Positions 12,401-20,505 of a stretch of DNA of 32,000 nucleotides are shown here, one piece after another; the first letter of the stretch is position 1, and the number at the start of each line of letters is the position of its first letter. The stretch covers positions 420,001-452,000 of the forward strand of contig ACYB01000035.1 in the NCBI GenBank assembly GCA_000175855.1. The letters are read 5' to 3'. This DNA comes from Raphidiopsis brookii D9. GTDB lineage: Bacteria; Cyanobacteriota; Cyanobacteriia; Cyanobacteriales; Nostocaceae. A program made the position numbers and the translations under genes. A model generated the notes under the pieces. The model did not search any database, was not told the origin of the DNA, and worked only from the letters and a program-made list of their open reading frames with translations.

Positions 12401-12645
12401 CCACCCGCTTTGAGGATACCCATAATTCCAATAACTATTTCTATAGAACGTGTTACACAAAGACCTACAAACACCTCTGGTCCGACACCAATTGATTGCA
12501 AATAATGTGCTAGCTGATTGGCTTTACAGTTTAATTCTCCATAGGTCAACTGCTTATTTTCAAAGATTATTGCTACTGCATCAGGCGCTTTTTTTACTTG
12601 CTGCATAAACAGCTCGTTAATAGACTTGTTTTGAGAATATATCAT
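6406..12645 (-). CDS. Two-module nonribosomal peptide synthetase, A-T-C-A-T-C(shortened), no TE/R domain
   Basis: YIYTSGSTGKPKG, TGD, LPNGKLDR, LGGHSLLA (x2), HHIISDAW (C1), HHIITDGW (C2) core motifs in order. Confidence 0.95.
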   Translation of the reverse strand: MIYSQNKSINELFMQQVKKAPDAVAIIFENKQLTYGELNCKANQLAHYLQSIGVGPEVFVGLCVTRSIEIVIGIMGILKAGGAYVPLDPAYPQERLAFMLEDASPKVVLTESQWLEALPVIKATVLCLDAEWEKIEQQSQDSPSCSVTSENLAYLIYTSGSTGKPKGVQMPHASIVNYLQGITNIIPVDNQDIYLHIASFSFTASVRQLFLPLSQGAAIVIATREQTRDPLRLFELIETQEITICDGVPSVWRYGLMALESLDKKYTRAIGESKLKYLIFGGELLPYQLIKKLRNLFQTPPQFFNILGQTESIGNAFYPIPENCDTEQGYVPVGNPLQDMQQVYVLNSQLEPVKNGESGELHIAGGTLARGYLNRAQANAEKFINNPFNPQQKLFKTGDIARHSQDGNLEILGRIDFQANIRGMRVELEEIEAILKLHPSVKEGAISLREDIPGDQRLVAYIVPNTQTLDLAEIRNFIEHKLPDYMIPNAFVLIEKLPVLPNGKLDRNNLPAPNLSATIGNFVAPRNPQEELIANIWAEVLGLEKVGIYDNFLELGGHSLLASLVISRLREALSLELSITILFEAPTIASLSEKVTTFRDDFHPTNSLSVLQPVSRTAESPLSLIQQRFWIVDQMEGANAAYNITRALRLVGSLNLMALQQAVQSIIQRHETLRTSFGISEGKPVQFIAETLPFTLPLVDLQTLTEVAREAELQRLITTEYTEAFDLSQAPLLRVKLIRLESNSHILLVTMHHIISDAWSVAIFFQELSSLYANSPLANLPVQYADYAYWQRQGLQNDVINTQISYWKKQLADAPPITELPTDYPRSTIETFHGSIHRFRLGNHLTNKLKILSQKSGTSLFMTLQAAFVTFLYRYTGQEDIIIGSPITNRNRQALESLIGFFVNTLVLRTRLENNPTFKQLLSQVRQVSLDGYVHQELPFDILVEALQPKRQKNLSPLFQVMFVLQNSPQEKFNLPGLNVTQIELNRPTAGATFDLTLSMQEANLELIGAFEYNANLFDATTIARMVDNFQTLVEAIVTNPDEQVGKLPLLSASQKHQLLVEWNNTQTDYPHQCIHQLFEQQVERTPNAIAVQWENQQVTYRELNNRANQLAHYLQFLGVSAQTLVGIYLERSPKIIIAMLGILKAGGAYLPLDPTYPSDRLAFMLQDAKAFLILTEQQLGGKLTDVEQICLDRDWSVIAQKNQQNLNCDTTPDNLAYVIYTSGSTGQPKGVMVPHCGVVRLVVNTDYITLQPTDVIAQVSNNSFDVATCEIWGALLNGAKVAIFDRETILSPRDFATSLQNEGITILMITTALFNQMVQQVPMAFRHLHYLLFGGEAVDTRWVRHLLAVDGPQKLLHAYGPTENTTISTCYYIQQIEPKAKTVPIGRAIANTQVYILDRHLQPVPIGVSGELYLGGTGLAIGYLNRPELTSERFLPNPFVANDRLYKTGDLARFLPDGNIEFIGRVDHQVKIRGFRIELGEIETVLTQHPQVKQVVVIVREDNPGNKYLTAYIVSESLTLSSSELRQFLKERLPEYMIPLAFVILNAFPLNPNGKIDRRALPIPIVDNPQTVFVAPRNPTEETIAHIIANVLGLEKVGIYDNFFELGGHSLLATSVISRIRESLSLELPLRSLFKAPTIVQLSQVINVHQLEVEQQSAGSMTFDTLPPLIPQVRNTYIPLSFAQESIWHSQQLAPDNYAYNSFVTLRFTGSLSATVLESSFNEIIRRHEILRTAFTLVEGQPVQVITPLLTIPLEIIDLQNLPNTKRTSEAERLAALEYEHHFDLGSLPLIKTKLLQVNQKEYWLTINMHHIITDGWSLCRFTLWQHQCFNEKVIEKQLAYWVEKLTNTSPISHNVSNIPPQVSSSASVYSIVLPVSMVRSIQAFSLEQKVTIFVIILTAVNILLFNYSGKDDILVITTVGNRSSVKTETMLGCFIKDVILHSHFSSEETGLTLLQQVQQTLMEAINNKEIACQTVIDTVTSKQPLNISTSLTMLPPQNWHNRMLDFEFVSIKRDRSLWDEEIPLEIYVSSPSVNNPTMEIKVFYSRELFTDDAIEFMFSYYQEILQKLVQHPNSPIG

Positions 12646-12692
12646 AACTCTAATACCTTAGCCAAAAAAGGGTATCAAAAAGCAGGGATGAC

Positions 12693-12863
12693 TTACTTAA
12701 CTCTACAAACTAACAGCAGTTTTATTTCTGTACCAAACAAATAGCTCCAGATACCAGTTCCTAAACCCGTGGCTGTAGTAATAATTATTACTCCCACAAG
12801 TAACTCAACCGGGTGGGTTCGATATACAGTCAATGGTGTGATTACTTCAGCAGAGTGGTGCAC
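12693..12863 (-). other. Possible small membrane ORF or remnant, 56 aa, GTG start (VHHSAEVITPLTVYRTHPVELLVGVIIITTATGLGTGIWSYLFGTEIKLLLVCRVK*)
   Basis: Open frame with one hydrophobic segment, bounded upstream by a TGA inside direct repeat copy 2; no assigned family. Confidence 0.3.
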
Positions 12864-12877
12864 CTTTAAGATGCAGC

Positions 12878-12954
12878 GTCAAAAATACACTCAATTGGCA
12901 CGAGTAGATAAAGACTTTGCTAAGATTAGCGATAACAGGGAGTTTCAGGAATTG
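12878..12954 (+). repeat. Direct repeat copy 2 (77 bp, orphan TPR-gene 3' end)
   Basis: gtcaaaaatacactcaattggcacgagtagataaagactttgctaagattagcgataacagggagtttcaggaattg; encodes KYTQLARVDKDFAKISDNREFQEL like the TPR protein C-terminus. Confidence 0.93.
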
Positions 12955-13000
12955 TTAATATACAGTGATTAAACCATTATTCCCTCTCCCCTGCTCCCCC

Positions 13001-14722
13001 CTAAGCTGGATAAATCCTCAACCTCCTATTTGGTTCCTCCCCAAAACTATGGGACTTCAATCGATAATGCTCCACTAACTCATGCTGCATCTTACGCACA
13101 TGGGCAGAACGAGGTAACAACTCTACCGGTTGACTCTTGGGAATGACAATTTGTTCAACTGCTAATCTCGCCTCCTCTAAAGCGTCAATTTCATCATCAC
13201 TACCCTCATGTAATAATAGTTGCAACTCACAATCTTCTCCCAAATCCAAATCATCCATATTTAATAATCTTCTCAAACCACGACTAATTTGGGGAATAGC
13301 ACTGGATTTAATTACATGTATGGGTAAATGACGAGACTTCGCTAATTGCCTCAGTTTTGCGTGATTTTTAACATGGGAGCGCAAAGCTAAAATTGCATCT
13401 GCTCCATCAATATCCTTTGTTAAAGCAACAGGTAACTTCAACAACTCAATTACATGTTCCAACTGATGACGACTCACTCCATAGGGATAAACATGCAAAG
13501 GTAAATCTTCCCCATTTGGACCTGCTGATCTAATTTTACCCAAGTTAAAACTGTCACCGTGGTCAAAAGACTCATCCAACAACCGGTCAAATTCACTGGT
13601 TGTTCCCCGTTCCGGAGACAAAGGGGGTAAAGCTACCATCTGACCAGAAGCACGCCAACCATTTACCTGTTTAATTGCTAAAGACTCTTCTTCACTTGCT
13701 AAACCACTTCCATAACCATTCACCACTGTTAATGGTCGAGCAATGGAAACTTTCCCCTGTTCATCCACCGTTCGAGTTTGAGGATTGGGTTGGCGTCCTC
13801 TTAATAAAGTATCAACTGTCTCAGCTACGCTTTCATGTACCACCCAACGCTCCCGCTCCAACATTTCTACAGCAATTTCAAAAGTAGGGGGCGCCTTCCT
13901 TTCCAGTACGGTTTTTTGCGATCTACGTCTTCTAGCTTCGTCATCTCCTAGAGTTACTGCTTGAATACCACCCACCAAATCCGAAAGAGTCGGGTTTTTG
14001 ATTAGGTTCTCAATTTGATTTCCGTGAGCAGTACCCACTAATTGCACCCCTCTTTCCGCAATTGTCCGTGATGCTAGAGCCTCCAACTCCGTACCAATTT
14101 CATCTATAATTATTACCTCTGGCATGTGGTTTTCCACCGCCTCAATCATTACCTGATGTTGTAATTCCGGTCTAGCTACCTGCATTCTTCGAGCGCGACC
14201 AATGGCTGGATGGGCTATGTCACCATCTCCAGCAATTTCATTGGAAGTGTCAATAATAATTACTCTCTTATGCAGATCATCGGCTAATACACGAGCAATT
14301 TCCCGCAAAGCTGTTGTTTTACCAACCCCTGGACGACCTAACATGAGGATTGATTTACCCGTTTCTACTAAATCTCGGATCATCCCAATAGTACCAAACA
14401 CGGCTCGACCTACACGGCAAGTTAAGCCAATAATTTTACCATTGCGATTGCGTATGGCACTGATACGATGTAAAGTTTGCTCAATACCAGCTCGATTATC
14501 TCCGCCAAAATTTCCTACTCGTTGAATACAATCATCTATTTGGGACTGGGTAATGGGGGACTGACTTAAATACTCAGCAGCACCCGGAAACCGAGCTTCT
14601 GGGAGACGCCCTAAATCCAACACCACTTCTACTAAATTATCCCTTTGGGAATGATATTGCAGTTGTTTTTCCAGGTCTTGGGGTAAAATTTCCAGTAACT
14701 TTTGCAGGTCTGTAATCGTCAT
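13001..14722 (-). CDS. AAA ATPase / R3H domain single-stranded nucleic acid-binding protein (Ycf45-like)
   Basis: LMLGRPGVGKTTALREIA Walker A, VIIIDEIG Walker B, C-terminal R3H-like HKLVEHYRLKSHSFGEEPNRRLRIYP; start moved to internal ATG MTITDLQ to avoid overlap with the upstream gene. Confidence 0.85.
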   Translation of the reverse strand: MTITDLQKLLEILPQDLEKQLQYHSQRDNLVEVVLDLGRLPEARFPGAAEYLSQSPITQSQIDDCIQRVGNFGGDNRAGIEQTLHRISAIRNRNGKIIGLTCRVGRAVFGTIGMIRDLVETGKSILMLGRPGVGKTTALREIARVLADDLHKRVIIIDTSNEIAGDGDIAHPAIGRARRMQVARPELQHQVMIEAVENHMPEVIIIDEIGTELEALASRTIAERGVQLVGTAHGNQIENLIKNPTLSDLVGGIQAVTLGDDEARRRRSQKTVLERKAPPTFEIAVEMLERERWVVHESVAETVDTLLRGRQPNPQTRTVDEQGKVSIARPLTVVNGYGSGLASEEESLAIKQVNGWRASGQMVALPPLSPERGTTSEFDRLLDESFDHGDSFNLGKIRSAGPNGEDLPLHVYPYGVSRHQLEHVIELLKLPVALTKDIDGADAILALRSHVKNHAKLRQLAKSRHLPIHVIKSSAIPQISRGLRRLLNMDDLDLGEDCELQLLLHEGSDDEIDALEEARLAVEQIVIPKSQPVELLPRSAHVRKMQHELVEHYRLKSHSFGEEPNRRLRIYPA

Positions 14723-14765
14723 GCTTTCTATGGTGGTGACGTTTTTAGAGATAACAAATGAGCTA

Positions 14766-15947
14766 TTAGATATCTGACTGTGATTTGATTTGGGATACCA
14801 GAGAGTTAGCAAGTTTTACTGCTTGCCAAAGCAGATCTGGTTCATCCTCTAGCCGTTGACTTTTTTTTAGACTGGTGTTTACCTCCCAACTTTCTAACTG
14901 GTCAATCACTGGTGACAGCAATACCCTGGCATAGCTTCCATAAGCAACACCTGCAAGTTGACCCGGGGAGTTCTCTAATTTTCCATCCCCTAGCATTCCC
15001 ATGGTCTTTAATTTGGGGACAGTATAATTATTAGTACCGCCTGCCAACTGCACATGTCCCGGTAGGTTTGCTGCTAAAACTTTCTGTCCCAATTTTATCG
15101 CTCTTATGGTAGTACCATCCCCTATATCCCCACTCATAGATCTGCCATCTGTCTGCCAAATTAAAACTTGTGGAAGAGGTACTATCAGATTATAAACTGA
15201 TTTTAAGTAGTCAATTAAACCCTCTCCATCATTGCAGCTGATGGCTAATAACTTTAATTTATTTGCCCAGGGGGCTATTTTAGACCACAGGTTCTCAAAC
15301 TCTGGCAAACGTCCCACTTTTGTATGAATTTCAATGGCATCTATTCCCGTGGACATAATCAAGGGTAGAATTGCTCCTAGAGGTGATAAATGAGAGACCG
15401 TGTCAATTATCCCATAAGGACAAATGGGGACACAACGTCCACACCCGTAACACTTTTCTGCAATAATTCCTGAAGAACTATCTTTGTCAGTTTGACTGTT
15501 AAATACTATAGCCTGAGCAGGACATATTTTCTCACAAGGTTTGGAACAATTATCTGGACAGTCTCTGGGATTGAATTTAGCTTTTCTAAAGTGTGGATCT
15601 TCACCGTCGTTGAGACTAACCATTAATAAGGGTAAGTTTCCTTGCCAGTTAAATCCTTTTGCTTGTGTTTCTTTTACAAGGGTTTTAGCAACTGAGAAAG
15701 CCTGTTTAGCCGCATCAATTACAGCTGGATCAGCAGCAACATCTATACAGTCTGCACCTGCTAGGGTGTAGGCCAAGGTTAAATTCCTAACTGATGGTAA
15801 ATGTTGGAAACTGGCACCACAAATCAGTTTGAACCAGTTACTTTGTCTAAGGGATTGTAAGGGGGCTAATAGTTCGTTCATTCGATCCAGGGTGGGAAAC
15901 TGGTCATTTTTGGGTCGGGTATAGAGGAGGTGAGTCAATGCTACCAA
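14766..15947 (-). CDS. ldpA: LdpA-like iron-sulfur protein (circadian light-input protein family)
   Basis: Ferredoxin-type CGRCVPICPYG and CSKPCEKICPAQA clusters, LGAILPLIMSTGIDAIEIHTKVGR; start may be internal MNELLAP (15881). Confidence 0.8.
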   Translation of the reverse strand: MVALTHLLYTRPKNDQFPTLDRMNELLAPLQSLRQSNWFKLICGASFQHLPSVRNLTLAYTLAGADCIDVAADPAVIDAAKQAFSVAKTLVKETQAKGFNWQGNLPLLMVSLNDGEDPHFRKAKFNPRDCPDNCSKPCEKICPAQAIVFNSQTDKDSSSGIIAEKCYGCGRCVPICPYGIIDTVSHLSPLGAILPLIMSTGIDAIEIHTKVGRLPEFENLWSKIAPWANKLKLLAISCNDGEGLIDYLKSVYNLIVPLPQVLIWQTDGRSMSGDIGDGTTIRAIKLGQKVLAANLPGHVQLAGGTNNYTVPKLKTMGMLGDGKLENSPGQLAGVAYGSYARVLLSPVIDQLESWEVNTSLKKSQRLEDEPDLLWQAVKLANSLVSQIKSQSDI

Positions 15948-16584
15948 TCTTGTTCAAAGGCCAGAAACGAATCACGGCACGTCCAATAATTTTTTCCCTT
16001 GGCACAAGTCCCCAACAACGTCCATCATAACTGCTGGGACGATTATCACCTAAAACTAAATAGGAGTTGGGTGGTATGGTTTGTGGTTGGGACAAAAATG
16101 GACGCTGGGAAGTGGTTGTACACACATCAATACCTGTGCGCACGGTGGGGAATAAATATTTTTCTTCGGGCAGAAATTCATTGTTAATATAAACTTTGCC
16201 ATTTTTTAATTCTACCCTTTCGCCTGGTAGACCAATAATGCGCTTGATGAAGGCATCATGGAATTGTTGCTTTTGTAGTTCATCCGTGGGGGAGAATACA
16301 ACAATATCCCCCCTTTCAGGAGGAGAAAATTTATATTTCACCTTATCCACAATAATCTTATCCGCTTGCCATTGATCTTGTACACCATGGAGCGTGGGTT
16401 CCATTGATCCTGTGGGTATCCACCGGGCTTCAGCCACCAGGGTGCGAACGCCTAAAGCTAATATACCGCTCACCAGTAGGGTTTTACCAACTTCCACAAT
16501 CCAGGAATTATTCTTTTTTTCACCGGAGTTTTGATCGGACACTTGATTTTGCATGAGATTACTAAGTTTAGCATTGGGGACCAT
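15904..16584 (-). CDS. lepB: Signal peptidase I
   Basis: IPTGSMEPTL catalytic Ser motif, RIIGLPGERVELKNGKVYIN, VLGDNRPSSYDGR. Confidence 0.93.
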   Translation of the reverse strand: MVPNAKLSNLMQNQVSDQNSGEKKNNSWIVEVGKTLLVSGILALGVRTLVAEARWIPTGSMEPTLHGVQDQWQADKIIVDKVKYKFSPPERGDIVVFSPTDELQKQQFHDAFIKRIIGLPGERVELKNGKVYINNEFLPEEKYLFPTVRTGIDVCTTTSQRPFLSQPQTIPPNSYLVLGDNRPSSYDGRCWGLVPREKIIGRAVIRFWPLNKIGSIDSPPLYPTQK

Positions 16585-16818
16585 TAACCAGGAACTGGAA
16601 CAGGCCCTAAATCTATTCTGACATAATATTCCCAGTTGTTAATAAGTAGACTTTAGTCATAAAGTTTACTCTGTATATGATAAAATCTAAGTATAGCCCT
16701 AGCTGAAAGGCCATATATACAAATCTATATAAAAATATCAACTTACCTGCCCATTTTCTGCTAGGATGAACTAGGTTAAATTACTGTAATCAAATTTGTT
16801 TTATATATTAATACTAAC

Positions 16819-18141
16819 ATGTCCAATTATTCTAGTTTGTTGATTCGTCAGGCCCGTGTGCTGCTACCCAATGGTGATTTCATGATCGGGGATGTGTTGA
16901 CCCAAAACAACAAGATAGTACAAGTAAGTTCACAAGTGCATGCTGAAACTTCTGTTGTGGAAATAGATGCTCAAGGATTAACTTTACTTCCTGGGGTAAT
17001 TGATCCCCAAGTGCATTTCCGTGAACCCGGTTTAGAATATAAGGAAGATCTATTTACTGCTAGTTGTGCTTGTGCTAAAGGTGGTGTCACTTCCTTTTTG
17101 GAAATGCCAAATACAAAACCTTTAACTACTAATCAGTCAGCTTTAGATGACAAACTTCATAGGGCATCTCAAAAGTCTTTGGTTAATTATGGCTTTTTTA
17201 TTGGGGCAACAGCAGATAACCTAACGGATTTACTGACGGTTAATCCCACACCGGGAATTAAAATTTTTATGGGTTCCATGCATGGTGACTTATTAATTGA
17301 TGAAGAAACCATTCTAGACAGAATATTTTCCCAGGGTAGTCGCTTAATAGCTGTTCACGCTGAAGACCAGTCCAGAATTCGTCAACGTCGTCAACAATTT
17401 GCTGGTATTCACGATCCAGCTATTCATTCTCAAATTCAAGACTCCCAAGCCGCTTTAAATGCAACCCAGTTAGCACTGAAACTTTCTCAAAAGTATCATA
17501 GACGTTTACATATTTTACATTTATCTACAGGAGTAGAAGCGGAATTACTGCGTCAGTACAAACCTAGCTGGGTAACGGCAGAGGTCACGCCACAACACCT
17601 GTTGTTAAATACTGAGGCTTATAGTACCATAGGTACCCTAGCACAAATGAATCCTCCCTTGCGATCGCCCCAGGATAATCAAGTGCTATGGCAGGCTTTG
17701 CGAGATGGTGTAATTGATTTCATTGCCACAGATCATGCTCCCCACACTCTAGAAGAGAAAGCCCAGATTTACCCTAATACACCTTCGGGCATGCCAGGTG
17801 TAGAGACTTCTCTTCCATTAATGTTAACGGCAGCAATGGATGGTAAATGTACTGTCTCCGAGGTAGCAAATTGGATGTCTAAGGCAGTAGCTGTGGGATA
17901 TGGAATTCCCAATAAGGGAGAAATTACCCCTGGTTACGATGCAGATTTGGTCTTAGTAGATTTAAATAATTATAAACCTGTAAAAAGGGAAGAGTTATTA
18001 AGCAAATGTGGTTGGAGTCCATTTGAGGGTTGGAACTTAACGGGTTGGCCCGTACAAACCATAGTAGGTGGTCAGATTGTCTATGACCAAGGGAAAGTAA
18101 ACCCACAGATTCGCGGTCAGGCATTAAGTTTTAGTGGTTAG
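16819..18141 (+). CDS. pyrC: Dihydroorotase
   Basis: LPGVIDPQVHFREPGLEYKEDL, FLEMPNTKP, IATDHAPHT metal-site motifs. Confidence 0.92.
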   Translation: MSNYSSLLIRQARVLLPNGDFMIGDVLTQNNKIVQVSSQVHAETSVVEIDAQGLTLLPGVIDPQVHFREPGLEYKEDLFTASCACAKGGVTSFLEMPNTKPLTTNQSALDDKLHRASQKSLVNYGFFIGATADNLTDLLTVNPTPGIKIFMGSMHGDLLIDEETILDRIFSQGSRLIAVHAEDQSRIRQRRQQFAGIHDPAIHSQIQDSQAALNATQLALKLSQKYHRRLHILHLSTGVEAELLRQYKPSWVTAEVTPQHLLLNTEAYSTIGTLAQMNPPLRSPQDNQVLWQALRDGVIDFIATDHAPHTLEEKAQIYPNTPSGMPGVETSLPLMLTAAMDGKCTVSEVANWMSKAVAVGYGIPNKGEITPGYDADLVLVDLNNYKPVKREELLSKCGWSPFEGWNLTGWPVQTIVGGQIVYDQGKVNPQIRGQALSFSG

Positions 18142-18180
18142 GGATCAACCCCAATAATTTATTAATCTATTTGATTATCT

Positions 18181-18546
18181 ATGGATCAAACATCGCCTGC
18201 TGCTACACATGAAGTCAATGCTTACTTGCCCTATATTCAGGGTAACAAGCGTAATTTCTTACCCTGGGCTATCACCCTTTATCAAAAGGGTTGTATTGAT
18301 GGGGAACGGAAAATAGAAGGTAGTGACAATATTCCCTTCACGGCCAGATGGAATATTAGCACCCTACCCACTGATTTAACTTGTTGTAGTGTACAGTTTC
18401 ATGCTCCTGGAGAGTTTGCCTATGAAGTAACTATGACTGGCTTTGAATTTGTAGACTTTCTAATTCAAGTCATAGAAAATTATAAGAGAAATAGAATTGT
18501 TGATTTTTCCAAAGCCTTTTACCGTAAACTCCTGTGTCCGGAATAA
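18181..18546 (+). CDS. Conserved cyanobacterial protein, possibly EbsA-like (type IV pilus/biofilm related)
   Basis: EVNAYLPYIQGNKRNFLPWAITLYQKG...; family recollection only, not verified. Confidence 0.5.
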   Translation: MDQTSPAATHEVNAYLPYIQGNKRNFLPWAITLYQKGCIDGERKIEGSDNIPFTARWNISTLPTDLTCCSVQFHAPGEFAYEVTMTGFEFVDFLIQVIENYKRNRIVDFSKAFYRKLLCPE

Positions 18547-18674
18547 TGGTTTTTGGAAATTATAGCTTTCTTTAGTGAGGAAGACTAATTCCGGTTCATT
18601 CAGCAACCGAGATTACTTGTGGAGTAGGAAAACCCGATAAAAATATCGGACAGTTCAAATTAGGAGCGCAGGGC

Positions 18675-19778
18675 GTGGCAACATCTGTTAAAAATTTTAA
18701 GTATTTGCTAATTGGGTCAATAGAGGCTTACAGCGGCAAATCTGCAACCCTGTTGGGTTTATCTTGCCAACTAAGACAAAAGGGATTAGATATAGCCTAT
18801 GGTAAACCGCTGGGTAATAGTGCATTCAATCCCAAGATCAATCCCATGGAAGAAGATGTCCAGTTTATGATCGAAAGCTTGAAACTAGGTGAAAATCTAG
18901 TTGCACCGACCTTATTGGGGTTAAATGAGGTTAGTGTCCAAAAACGATTAAGGGGTGAGGATAAAACTAATTACCAGGAACTACTGGTAGAGCATTATTT
19001 ACAAGTCCCACGGGGAGATTTGATGCTCTTAGAAGGGCCAGGTAATTTGACCGAGGGAAATTTATTTGGTTTATCCTTACCGGAAGTTGCTAATATTTTA
19101 GATGGTGGTGTAATTTTAGTCCACCGTTACCAGTCTCTCCTCTCAGTAGAGACAATTTTATCAGCCCAAACAATTATAGGTTCTCGATTAGAAGGAATCA
19201 GTCCCCGCTTGCTTGGTGTAATAATCAATGAAGTCCCCATAGAACAGATGATGAATGCCAATGATCTCCTGCGCCCATTTTTGGAAGAGCGGGGAATTCC
19301 TGTATTAGCCATACTGCCAAAAAATGCCTTACTTCGTAGCGTTAGTGTAGGGGAGCTAGTCAAACAATTGAAAGCTGATATTTTATGTCGTGAAGATCGC
19401 TTAGACTTATTAGTCGAAAGTCTGGCTATTGGGGCCATGAATGTCAATGCCGCAGTTAAATATTTCCGCAAACGTCGTAACAAGGCTGTGGTTACCGGAG
19501 GGGATCGGGTAGAAATTCAACAAGCAGCTTTAGAAACATCTACTCAATGTCTAATCCTGACAGGACAATTACCTCCTCCACCCTTCATTCTACACCGGGC
19601 CGAAGAACTGGAAATTCCTATTTTATCAGTGGATCTTGACACCTTAACCACAGTAGAGATTGTTGATCGAGCCTTTGGTCATGTTCGGTTCCATGAACCT
19701 CTGAAAGTAGAGTGCATAAATCAACTCATGTCGGAACACTTTGATACCAGTCGGCTCTTGTCACAACTAGGAAATTAA
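18675..19778 (+). CDS. Phosphotransacetylase-like / BioD-type P-loop protein with DRTGG domain
   Basis: LLIGSIEAYSGKSATLLGLS P-loop, LLEGPGNLTEG, C-terminal LTGQLPPPPFILHRAEELEIPILSVDLDTLTTVE. Confidence 0.8.
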   Translation: MATSVKNFKYLLIGSIEAYSGKSATLLGLSCQLRQKGLDIAYGKPLGNSAFNPKINPMEEDVQFMIESLKLGENLVAPTLLGLNEVSVQKRLRGEDKTNYQELLVEHYLQVPRGDLMLLEGPGNLTEGNLFGLSLPEVANILDGGVILVHRYQSLLSVETILSAQTIIGSRLEGISPRLLGVIINEVPIEQMMNANDLLRPFLEERGIPVLAILPKNALLRSVSVGELVKQLKADILCREDRLDLLVESLAIGAMNVNAAVKYFRKRRNKAVVTGGDRVEIQQAALETSTQCLILTGQLPPPPFILHRAEELEIPILSVDLDTLTTVEIVDRAFGHVRFHEPLKVECINQLMSEHFDTSRLLSQLGN

Positions 19779-19871
19779 GAAAAAAGATAGAAATCTGTAA
19801 CTTCATTTGGCCGATTACCTGCAGGCCATTTGGTACAATATTTGGGTTGTTTAATCCGATAATCTCTATCT

Positions 19872-20375
19872 TTGAGCCAGTCAACAGAACTGATTAACCT
19901 GGATACTTTAGCACAGGAACTGGCGACAATCCAACAAACTGGTTCCAAAAGAATCGCTCTGTTAGGTTCCCGTCATGTACCAATTACTCATCAAAATCTT
20001 ATTGAAATGATGACTTATGCCCTGGTTTTGTCGGGCAATCGCATTATTACTTCCGGTGCTACAGGTACTAACTCCGCTGCTATCAGAGGTGCGACCCGTG
20101 CCGATCCGAATTTACTGACGGTAATTTTACCCCAAAGTTTGGAACGCCAACCCTCTGAATCCCGCCAACAACTAGAGCAGGTGATGCATCTAGTGGAAAA
20201 TCCTAGTAATGATAGTCTTTCCTTGAGTGAAGCTAGCCAGTTGTGCAATAGAGAAATTGTGTCTCGCTGTCAGCAATTGGTGTGCTTTGCCTTCCATGAT
20301 AGTCGTACTCTCTTGGAAACTTGTAAAGAAGCGGAAGAACAAAGAAAAGTGGTAACCTTGTTCTATTTCGATTAA
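19872..20375 (+). CDS. DNA recombination-mediator protein A-like (DprA/Rossmann) protein
   Basis: RIALLGSRHVPITHQ, GNRIITSGATGTNSAAIRGA. Confidence 0.7.
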   Translation: MSQSTELINLDTLAQELATIQQTGSKRIALLGSRHVPITHQNLIEMMTYALVLSGNRIITSGATGTNSAAIRGATRADPNLLTVILPQSLERQPSESRQQLEQVMHLVENPSNDSLSLSEASQLCNREIVSRCQQLVCFAFHDSRTLLETCKEAEEQRKVVTLFYFD

Positions 20376-20505
20376 AATCAGATTATAGCCCCAACCACTT
20401 GCAAGGGGTACGAATGACTAATTACCAGTGAGTACTGGGTAATAATTATAGTTACTCAGTATTCATCACCATTCATTTAAGATAACAAGGTATTATACTT
20501 TTCCT

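Noticed and set aside
12769-12972. ORF on + strand, 67 aa, containing the KYTQLARVDKDFAKISDNREFQELL tail
   Set aside because: Only the tail has TPR-gene homology; the front is unrelated to it and probably an accidental open frame through the intergenic region. Treated as a repeat copy rather than a gene.
15904-15947. 44-bp overlap of ldpA and lepB reading frames
   Set aside because: Probably an over-extended start for ldpA; an internal Met (MNELLAP, 15881) removes it.
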